A stretch of 64,000 bases of DNA, from the NCBI GenBank assembly GCA_964016885.1, contig OZ024748.1, forward strand, positions 55,242,001-55,306,000, read 5' to 3'. Of the stretch, positions 54,912 to 64,000 are shown in pieces. Position 1 is the stretch's first letter; every line of letters starts with the position of its first letter. Source of the stretch: Eledone cirrhosa. Lineage: Eukaryota. The position numbers and the translations under genes are program-made. The notes beneath the pieces are model-generated. The model ran no database searches and had not been told where the DNA came from. It was given only the letters and a program-made list of their open reading frames with translations.

Positions 54912-57371
54912 ATGCTAATCAAAGACCAACTCCCCATGTCAACCAAGAACATACCAATACCATCCAGGAATACATATGAGAAATTGCTGATCAACAGTGT
55001 AAATTCATTTATCAATAGAGTGAGATGGAGGACATTCCATTATGATAGAAACAAATCTAACAACTTGAATAATACTAACAATTTTGACTCCTTCGGCTTT
55101 AAAACCTTTAAAAGCCCCCCTCATAACACTCTACTTAACTCCTTTGAAAATGACCTAGTTAAACTAGTTAAGAACATTAAATACAATAAGCACCATATTA
55201 GAAGCAACACCTTCTTAAACAAACTTAACACTTCTATTAGTGGATTCAAAACTAGTAATAAAATTATTGTACACGCAGATAAAACTAATAACATATACAG
55301 CCTAGATTATATTACTTATAGAAAGTTTATATATAATGAACTACATAAAAGCTACAAAAAAACCACCTTGAAAAACTTAGAAGATATTAATGTAGAGGGT
55401 TATAATATAGTGTCTAAACTAGGACTACAGAGGCATACACAACCTTTCACTCCGAACCCCCCTAGATTCTCTCTGAAGGACCATAAGGAGAACTTCATCA
55501 GCAACCCCACGATAAGACTTATCTGCCCTTCCAAGTCCGACATTGGTATTATCAGCAAGAAGATTTTGGATAAAATCATCCCACAAATTAAACACAAGAT
55601 ACACCTTAAACAATGGGGAAATACGGGTGAAGTAATTGAATGGTTTAAGGATATCAAGAATAATAAGAACAAAAAATTTATTCAATTTGATATCAATTCA
55701 TACTACACCTCTATTTCCCCTATCCTATTAAATAAGGCACTTATCATGGCCATGACCAATAGCGACCTGACTAGAGCCCAGGTTGATGTCATCCTTGCGG
55801 CCCGTAAAACCATAATCACCTTCGAGGACCAACTATGGACACGCAAGGATACGCACAACAACTTCGACATAACCATGGGATCTAGTGACTCGGCGCAGGT
55901 CACTGATTTGGTCGGCCTATACCTCCTCAATGAAATCCATAAAGACCTCCCTTACCTCAACGGTGGTTTGTACCGCGATGATGCACTTCTACTCATAGAA
56001 TATATGAAATTTAATATAGAAAGAACTAGAAAACAACTGCATAAGACATTCAAAAACTTTAACCTTAGTATCACCATGGACAAAAACACTAAAAATGTTA
56101 ACTTCCTAGACGCCACACTATACCTAGACTCAAAAATATATACACCCTTCCATAAGCCTAATGAGAAACTTATTTACGTAGATACCAAGTCTAATCACCC
56201 TAGATCAATATTAAACTCTATCTCTAAGGGGGTGTCCAATAGAATCTCTAGTCTGTCCTATGACGCAAACATATTTAGCAAAAACTCACAATATTACAAT
56301 CAAGCATTAGCTAGCTCCGGCCATAATATAGAAATTGAGTTCCTACCTAAGAAAACACATAGCTACAACATCATCTCGCACAACATGTCCATGAGGAAAT
56401 CTAATAATAGGAATAGCAACCACAAGTACACCAAAGCGGAGGGTGCCACCGGAAGTAACCATTACCATGGAAACTACTGTGAGGCCTTAGGAGGAAGCAA
56501 CACACCAAACACTAAAAGCAAAAATAGAAGAAGAAATAATACATTTTTCAACCCTCCTTTCAACCTAAATGTCTCCACCAACATACCTAGGGCTTTCTTC
56601 TCACTACTAGATAAAAACTTCCCTCTAGGACACAAGTACCACAACCTCTTAAACAAAAACACCATTAAAATCTCATACTCCACGACGCCTAACTTAGCAT
56701 ACCACATAGCTAGCAGCAATAATAGTAAAATTAGTTCTTACTTCCAACAAACAAAATCGCAACGGGATGCAAACCCTCTAAATACCACTGTAGCAAGCAA
56801 CAATAGCAACGGCAGTAACAATGGAAATAACACTAGTATAAGTAATAACACCAGGGTTGTCAACCTGAACACCCAAAATCCTATACCCACCACACAGACT
56901 TCCGCATTGCATTATAACCAGCGGACTAACGCACAGAATAATTGTAACTGTAGAGCTAATAGAACCTGCCCTTTAGATAAAAAATGCCTAACCAAGGATG
57001 TCATATACTCATGCACAGTCACGACTAATAACTCTTCAGAAACCTATGTAGGCTCCACTTCTAACTGCTTCAAAATTAGATATAACTCGCACATCCACTC
57101 GTTCAAAAAGCACAGCCTAGCCAACTCCACCTCACTTTCTAGCTACATTCACTATCTAAAATCTAAAAATAAACCATACACACTCAAATGGGAAGTGATA
57201 GGTAGCGCGACCTCGTACAAACCACCTAATAAATTCTGTAACCTCTGTATACTAGAGACACACAATATTATCTTCTCCAACCGTAACCTACTTAACAAAA
57301 AATCTGAGGTGTTTGCAACTTGCCAGCACCGCCTCAGACATTCCTTCCAAAACTTTAAGCCCCATATATAG
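54912..57371 (+). CDS. Penelope-like retroelement polyprotein: reverse transcriptase plus C-terminal GIY-YIG endonuclease (probably Naiad clade)
   Basis: Uninterrupted 819-aa ORF. N-terminal KNIPIPS...RVRWR and ADKT motifs; RT motifs QFDINSYYTSI, ITMGSSDSAQVTDLVG, YRDD, NFLD; CNCx5CPLx3CL; VIY...TYVGST GIY-YIG; CNLCILE...LNKKSE...CQH. The start may be the second Met (MSTKNIPIPS). Confidence 0.95.
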   Translation: MLIKDQLPMSTKNIPIPSRNTYEKLLINSVNSFINRVRWRTFHYDRNKSNNLNNTNNFDSFGFKTFKSPPHNTLLNSFENDLVKLVKNIKYNKHHIRSNTFLNKLNTSISGFKTSNKIIVHADKTNNIYSLDYITYRKFIYNELHKSYKKTTLKNLEDINVEGYNIVSKLGLQRHTQPFTPNPPRFSLKDHKENFISNPTIRLICPSKSDIGIISKKILDKIIPQIKHKIHLKQWGNTGEVIEWFKDIKNNKNKKFIQFDINSYYTSISPILLNKALIMAMTNSDLTRAQVDVILAARKTIITFEDQLWTRKDTHNNFDITMGSSDSAQVTDLVGLYLLNEIHKDLPYLNGGLYRDDALLLIEYMKFNIERTRKQLHKTFKNFNLSITMDKNTKNVNFLDATLYLDSKIYTPFHKPNEKLIYVDTKSNHPRSILNSISKGVSNRISSLSYDANIFSKNSQYYNQALASSGHNIEIEFLPKKTHSYNIISHNMSMRKSNNRNSNHKYTKAEGATGSNHYHGNYCEALGGSNTPNTKSKNRRRNNTFFNPPFNLNVSTNIPRAFFSLLDKNFPLGHKYHNLLNKNTIKISYSTTPNLAYHIASSNNSKISSYFQQTKSQRDANPLNTTVASNNSNGSNNGNNTSISNNTRVVNLNTQNPIPTTQTSALHYNQRTNAQNNCNCRANRTCPLDKKCLTKDVIYSCTVTTNNSSETYVGSTSNCFKIRYNSHIHSFKKHSLANSTSLSSYIHYLKSKNKPYTLKWEVIGSATSYKPPNKFCNLCILETHNIIFSNRNLLNKKSEVFATCQHRLRHSFQNFKPHI

Positions 57372-57563
57372 CAATGTCGGACTGGAACCTAACACCACAT
57401 CTAGCATCAAACACCAGAGACACACCCTATACTACATACCCAACACTAGCTGATCCATTATAACACAAACAACGACATCCCTCTGGAACCCTTCGCAGGG
57501 AAAATACCCATTTATACCTCTACGGCAGGTGTGACAACATCCACCCACCTGGACGGCACTACG

Positions 57564-59070
57564 CCGCTCTAAGGGTAATTTGAGCATCAATTGATCGGTT
57601 GGATGGTGTTGGGCAGAGGAAACACCTTCCTTAGACAGATGTAAAATGATTTAATCGAGTAGCGCTGTTGACCAGTAGGACCAGGCCGCTGAGCGCAGTG
57701 AGTGAATGCAATGCAACTGCCGTGCGGGTTGTACGTATATGGATGATCTGACGGTCAGAGAGGGGTCGCGAGGACTGCGACTTGACCTTTGGCCTGCTTG
57801 GGGATGATTATCTTTCGACATCCAATGTAGCAAGCGATGACCCGGATCTTACCAGAGATCATTGGGTCCTGAAGCAATCCTGCAATCACCGCGCCTGGTC
57901 ATATGAGCAGACTACAACCATAGAGATCATTAATTTAGAATCCTCGCTCATCATCTATAATTTCCATTTGTAGCACCTTAAGATGGGTTAATCCACCCTA
58001 ATAATAATATGATCACCTTCAGCATAATTTAGTTAAACTACTCTATAGTTAGTACACTTTATGCTTTAAAAGTCTCTCTTGGAAGGTGCACCTCACCATA
58101 GAATTTAGGGTCTATATTGAGACACATTTTAATGGCTAGATATAGAAACCCCAGAGTTACCTCCCCGCATGCATTAACTCCCCTTAGCCACACACACACT
58201 TCCGGTATTCAATGGCGTCTCTCGAAACGTAACAACCACCTGTATCGAACTAAAGAGCACCAGACTACGATCTCTAACTGGATTGTCGTGGATTATGTGA
58301 AAGGCATATAATCGAAATATACACTCCCTTGACCATGAAAATACCGAAGTACATGAATTACTTGACATCCCTGCGCTGTGCATCTCCAATACTTATAACA
58401 CTTTTAATGCTTGCACTATCTTTAATGCTTATAATATTTCTCCACACACAGACTATATCAATCATATAAAGACTTTGCCACCAGATCTACCAACCTAACA
58501 CTCTTATTTACCTACCTAAGTGCCTCTACCACACATATCTCTCTGCCACACTATATAAACAAGACGCACATGCGTGCCACACATATAACATTTGCACTAT
58601 ATAACCACTTATCTTCATGTTGTACTTTAACCTATATCTTTGATTTTTTTGATTGTACCTATTAATATAAATGTAATCTCGAAGTGTGTACTGCCACTCT
58701 AAATTCTGTAATGAATGTTGACCCACAATGTTTGAATATGTATCAATGTTTGAATATGTATTGGTATGTCTCTCGGCTGAAAAGGAGGTCATATAACTGT
58801 CCATGCATTAATAAATTGCTCCGAAGAATCCAAACCTCGGTTTGGAGGAAACAGCTGTAAGCACAATAATGTTTTGAACAGTTCTTTGATTCATATATTT
58901 CATATAACTGCTCTGTAAATCATCTGATGTTTTTACATTGAGCTACTTAACTTACTGGTAATAAGGTAGTAATACATTACTGCCTACCACTATTTAGGGT
59001 GTGTGTAAAATACTTACAACTGCTTAAGGTTTTGTGTTTACATAACCATAAATAGTATAACTAATACTAT
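57564..59070 (+). repeat. Downstream pseudo-LTR / 3' UTR
   Basis: Direct repeat of 53363-54869; ends ...ctaatactat into (AT)n. Confidence 0.93.
58816..58863 (+). ncRNA. Hammerhead ribozyme copy in the downstream pLTR
   Basis: Identical to 54615-54662. Confidence 0.75.
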
Positions 59071-59519
59071 ATATATGTATATATATGTATAAATATATAT
59101 ATATATGTATATATATGTATAAATATATATATATATATGTATATATATATGTATAAATATATATACATATATATATGTATAAATATATACATACACATAT
59201 ATATGTATATAAATGTGCATATATATATATGTATAGTTATACACACACATATATATATATATTAGTATTAACATTGTTTAATCAAGTATCAACTATATAG
59301 ACGACAGGATGATAATACCGTGAGAATAACTGTCTTTTGTTAATTTGTTGCCACGTCATACCTGGTGTCGTCTTACAAATTTCCGATCATTTATTTATTT
59401 ATTGTTCATTACTTTATTATATTAGAAGAAAACTACGAAGTTTCTCCTGTCACTGCTCCCTCTTATCTTTTGCTATTTCTACCACTAACACCACCTTCTT
59501 TAACAACGATTCGTGCTGC

Positions 59520-59623
59520 TGTCGCTACTACTGCTACTGCTACTGCTACTGTTGCTGCTACTGCTGCTGCTGCTTCTGCTACTACTACTACTATTACTAC
59601 TATTACTATTACTACTGCTGCTG

Positions 59624-59680
<57 letters not shown>

Positions 59681-59765
59681 ATATTGCTACTAATATTGCT
59701 ACTACCAGTACTACTACTACTGTTGCTAGTACTACTACTATTGCTACTACTACTACTACTACTAC
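59520..59765. repeat. (CTA/CTG)n trinucleotide repeat
   Basis: Read directly. Confidence 0.95.
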
Positions 59766-59878
59766 AGGACACATTAGTTTCTCTATTGGCCACAGTAGAC
59801 TCCATAAAATTGCAATACCTCTAGTCCAAGGATTATATTTTAGGAGTATACCTTTACAATTCATGGGTGTTGGATAAA

Positions 59879-60266
59879 ATAATGGTTTCTGATTTAGCAC
59901 AAGGCCAGCAATATTGGTGGGCGGGGAAAATCGATTAAATTGACCCCACTGCATTACTGGTATTTTTATCGACGCATTAAGGATGAAAAGCAAAGCTAAT
60001 CTCGGCGGGATTTGAACTCAAAAGGTAAAGGGCCGTACCTTTATGCCCCAGCATGTTATCCGACGCTCTACCGATACTGCTAATCCATAAGTTGGATAAA
60101 ATAATAATTGTTTCTGCTTTTGGTACAAGGCCAGCAATTACTCCAGTGCATTACTGTTGCTTTATTTCATCGACCGCGTAAGGATTTAAACTGAGCCCAT
60201 AAAGGGCTGTAACTCTATACTGTAAAGCCTGTTGACCGACTCTCTCCCATTACTGTCAATCCACTA
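59879..60266 (-). mobile_element. Two tandem SINE family 1 copies
   Basis: Copies at 59879-60088 and 60104-60266. Confidence 0.7.
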
Positions 60267-60349
60267 ATAATAATTACAAAGTGCAAAGCTCACAAGCACG
60301 TGCACACAAATGCACACGCCTGCACACACCTGCACACGCATATATACAA

Positions 60350-60750
60350 AATCCTATTGGAGGAACCCTTTTCCTGTTTTACTCCATTGCTTTCTATCTC
60401 TGGCCATACTAAGGGTCTTGTGAGGCCAAAACCACCCTCTTTTTACTATAAATTACGATTGGAATTTAAATACATGTACCACAGATCCTCTGTCTTTCAA
60501 GCCATTCACTGATGGGCAGCACGTTTCAATCTCGAGTATCACATCTAATTTCTTGCAGTAGTTGAAAATGCGTTGAAGTGATAGTCTTGCCTCCAATATT
60601 GAAGCCATTTCCACTATGCAATAGCCATCATCTGCCAGGATTTGTGACCTGGCACAAAGTAGCAATTGGAAGGACCAGTGGAAACATTGTTCCTCTGGTC
60701 CAAGCTGGCGAGTTCTTTCCAACTCGCTAACCGAATGAGGTCTGGAGTAT
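60350..60750 (-). mobile_element. Decayed LINE RT fragment
   Basis: QILADDGYCIVEMASILEARLSLQRIFNYCKKL resembles the FADD region. Confidence 0.4.
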
Positions 60751-60838
60751 TATCATTTCGTTTAAAAAAAAAGAAAAGCTAGCCCTACCTTGCCAATCTA
60801 CGCCTAATAATAGTAAGATTTAATTAAAAAAAATAATT

Positions 60839-60869
<31 letters not shown>

Positions 60870-60890
60870 ATAAGGGTTGACAGACCCACC

Positions 60891-60928
<38 letters not shown>

Positions 60929-61461
60929 AATGATTTCTGATTTAGGCAGAAGTACAGCAATTTTGGTGGGTTGGAGGAAGTCAATTAAACCGATACCAAT
61001 ACTTTTTTTTATATATCAACACCGTGAATATGAAGGACACAGCTAACCTAAGTGAATAAGGTCAAATACTTAGATAAAGAAAAAAACGCCTCCACATAAC
61101 ATAATTTAACAAAAAAAATTATGAAATAATAGATTAAAATTTAAAAAGAAATTCCACCTTACATTCTCATCAAAATGAACGTCATATATTTCTTTTTCTA
61201 GTGTTCTCTTTTATTTTCTTATTTCTTTAGCGAATAAACAAATATAATGTATATGTCAAGTTAAAATATGCCTTGTGAAGTTTCCTTATTTCAATAAAGG
61301 TGTTGTGTTGTAGAGTTTGTTTATCATCTCATAATCACGTTTCTACATTTTTCTCTTTTGTTTTGTCAAACAACCGAGTTTCAAACATCCATTTTTTAAA
61401 AGTTGTTACGTCATGTCGTAAATAAACCTTTGTTTCCGATATTTAAGAAAAGGCCACATCT

Positions 61462-61502
<41 letters not shown>

Positions 61503-61571
61503 CGAACACATAACCGAACACCTCTGTGTGTATGTATGCATGTATCTATGTGTGTATTTGTGTAAAGGCTG

Positions 61572-61712
61572 CGAATTGGCAGAATCTTTAAAATCTCGGA
61601 TACAATGCATTGCATTAATAATTCCTTTTCTCTGAGATTTGAGTTCAAATATCGTCGATATCAACTTTGTCTTTTACTCTTTCGAGGTCGTTAAAAAAGT
61701 GTACCAGTCACT
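61572..61712 (+). mobile_element. SINE family 1, diverged
   Basis: gagttcaaat...tttcgaggtcgttaaaaaagtgtaccag. Confidence 0.5.
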
Positions 61713-62829
61713 TGCTCCCCTTGATGTTTTTTTTTTTTGTAATTTCCTCTCTCACTCTCTCCCTCCTTCGCTGGAAGTTATCGGCTGAGCTCAAACCTGG
61801 AAAGTGATAGGCCTCGCCAGGCCCAAATCACGATGTATCTCACTATGTTACCCATACCATTTCCATCAGGTATTATGCATCCATACATAAAGCGTATGTT
61901 AATGCTCACATAACACCCCAAAATTCCAAGCATACACACACATACACTTATATTTTAATCTCCATGAAAGCAAAACCAGTCTGTCATTGAGTTGAAACCA
62001 TTGAACAATTATATTTTAGTATGGATTAGTCACAGTAAAAAGCACCACATCGATAGACTATTGTAGACTCCTAACCCAACCTCTGGCAAATCAGAGAATG
62101 TGTGATAAAAGCTACGACTCAGAGGTTATCCATATATCGGATACCTGGTCTTAGTGTTTGCTACTACTGGTTTCATTTAAAGACAGTTCAAATCAGCTAA
62201 TACATTCAAATTGAGCGACAACTTACGTTTTGTTATTTTTACGATAAATTGCTAGACCCTAGAACCGATATTCCGTCAGAGACGTCGCATTTATTTTATT
62301 TCTTGAAACTTCAGGGGATTTGATGCAGTTGTTCATAGCCATTATGATAAGTCAGGTTGTAAAAATAAGGGCTTCAGTTATGTGACTACTGTCTACAACC
62401 TCTATTCAGCTATGCTACGTATATTGAATATTTCAACGAGAAAGAGATTTTCAAGTAGAGCTCCATTACAATAAAATACAAAAGCTAATCCTTTGAAAAA
62501 CTGTCATTGGCAAAATCCTGCATTTTGAGATTCGTAACTAAGTTCAGTGACATCCGACTTAACTGTTTAAATATGACATATAAGCCTTGTTATTTCTTTT
62601 ATCGACCATCTTATTCCTTTCATCAATCAAAGAGTTTCCTTTCTTCAAAACGGCAACAGTCTCAAACGATAAATCTTTATGTACACAATAGACAGTTCTT
62701 CTTCTACAAAAATATCGGTGAATTTCAATCAAAATGTTCCTATCGATAAAATACTTCTAACCCACACACTTCCAACAACATATCCTTACACAAACCCTAT
62801 AGTTTAGGTTGCTCTCAATATTAAAAATA

Positions 62830-63420
62830 CATCTTAAAGTTCAAAACTGTGCTAATGTAGCACCCATTCCATGTTTTTACATCATTCTTGTAACTTGATA
62901 TGGATCTCATATCTTTTCTGCATGAAACCCTCAATCTCTGTGACTTCGATACTAAACTCCCTTGGGTTGTTGTGACATCTTTACTGGTCCATTCTCTGAT
63001 GTTATACACCCATTTTGTCTTCAAACAACTTTGCATTCCTTCCCCACGAAGACTTTGTCTTCCTTCCCCATGAACTAATCCTTAGTGAACGATCGTTGTC
63101 AACCTATGCCATCTCATTGATTAGCGAGTCTTCGTATTTGCCCACATGTTATTTGATAGCCGAGAAATTCTTTAATTGCTGATGTGTTCTGTGTAGATAT
63201 CCATAAATCTTCTTTTGTAATTCTGCTGTATGCTTTCATGTCTCGCAGGTATATAAAAGATGGAGAGTACAAGACCCCCCAAAAAAACATTCAGATCAAC
63301 TTTGTGATTGATATCCCTGTCTTACCGTTGTTAATGCTGTTGATAAAAAGATCACATGCTGTTGATAAAAAGATCACTTGTACTCAATAATCTGTGAAAC
63401 TTACAACAGATTCGTCCGAA
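62830..63420 (-). mobile_element. Decayed RTE LINE 3' fragment
   Basis: Minus strand carries KWVYNIREWTSK and an upstream frameshifted GRR/GR-like motif. Confidence 0.45.
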
Positions 63421-63563
63421 TGTGATGAGATTCCAAGAAAGTTAGTTTTGGCAATAGGTTTGCTCCTCGCTAATAAAACATTTTAGCTTCACACATTCAT
63501 GAACACAGTATGAGCATTTAAAGAGATCTGCATTACGCGAGTACTTAAAAAAGTTGTGTACAC

Positions 63564-63798
63564 CAGGCATGTCAAACAACGGCCCACGGGTCATATGCGG
63601 CCCTTTACAAGTACACCTGCGGCCCGCACAAAACTTTCTACAGCGCGAAAATGTTTTATCTTCGTAATATAAAATATAAAGAATTAGCTGTAATGTGCAC
63701 AATTAGTTGCCACGTGGGTCACATATCTGTTGAGGGCCCGCAAACATTACATATGTGACCCATGTGGCCCTCGGGAAACCCTCAGTTTGACATGCCTG
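63564..63798. mobile_element. hAT-type MITE
   Basis: 14-bp perfect TIR caggcatgtcaaac / gtttgacatgcctg, 8-bp TSD gtgtacac / gtatacac, and subterminal (g)cggccc repeats. Confidence 0.88.
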
Positions 63799-64000
63799 GT
63801 ATACACTACTTAGAACTATTATTGTTCTGTTTAACTCGACATCTCTGGCACGTTGTCTCCTATACTACGCACTACCCACATCTCCCGTGTTCTCCATCCC
63901 TCTTTCAAATCAAAGACCAACGCATTGAAAATGAAGCTGTTATGGATGATAATTTTTCGAATCATAATATCCTGATGTATCTACTCTCTTTCACTTTACT

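Larger units (their letters stand above)
53145..59070 (+). mobile_element. Complete young PLE insertion: inverted pLTR piece, pLTR, ORF, pLTR
   Basis: Direct repeats at offset 4201, an inverted 5' segment, and TA-rich microsatellite on both flanks. Confidence 0.93.

Noticed and set aside
54912-57371. Selenoprotein-type Naiad
   Set aside because: There is no in-frame TGA, the ORF ends in TAG, and the ATGA/TGA hairpin in the UTR does not fit SECIS geometry by eye.
53363-59070. True LTR retrotransposon
   Set aside because: No TG...CA ends, PBS, gag, protease or integrase; GIY-YIG and HHR indicate a PLE.
59337-59993. Mucin-like or poly-amino-acid ORFs
   Set aside because: They derive from the trinucleotide repeat.

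Overview
AT-rich, microsatellite-saturated eukaryotic DNA. The SINE families and (TA)n/(CA)n density suggest an octopus/cephalopod intron or intergenic region (inference). No host protein-coding exon can be supported, and almost all listed ORFs are microsatellite artefacts. The one real long ORF (54912-57371) encodes an intact Penelope-like retroelement (PLE) with RT and a C-terminal GIY-YIG domain, apparently Naiad-type. It is flanked by two near-identical 1.5-kb pseudo-LTRs and preceded by a 219-bp inverted copy of part of the pLTR, carries a minimal hammerhead ribozyme (HHR), and is inserted in (TA)n. The most notable pattern is a set of about a dozen short (150-500 bp) fold-back inserts in (TA)n tracts, from several families. 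Several carry complete or partial type I HHR motifs, and in one family the fold-back apex falls at a putative HHR helix II in all three copies. The window also contains Helitron derivatives (including a perfect CTAG|TC head-to-tail tandem), mariner remnants, a hAT MITE with TSD, RTE and CRE LINE fragments, many tRNA-derived SINEs and a 24-bp minisatellite. Coordinates and folds were read by eye.
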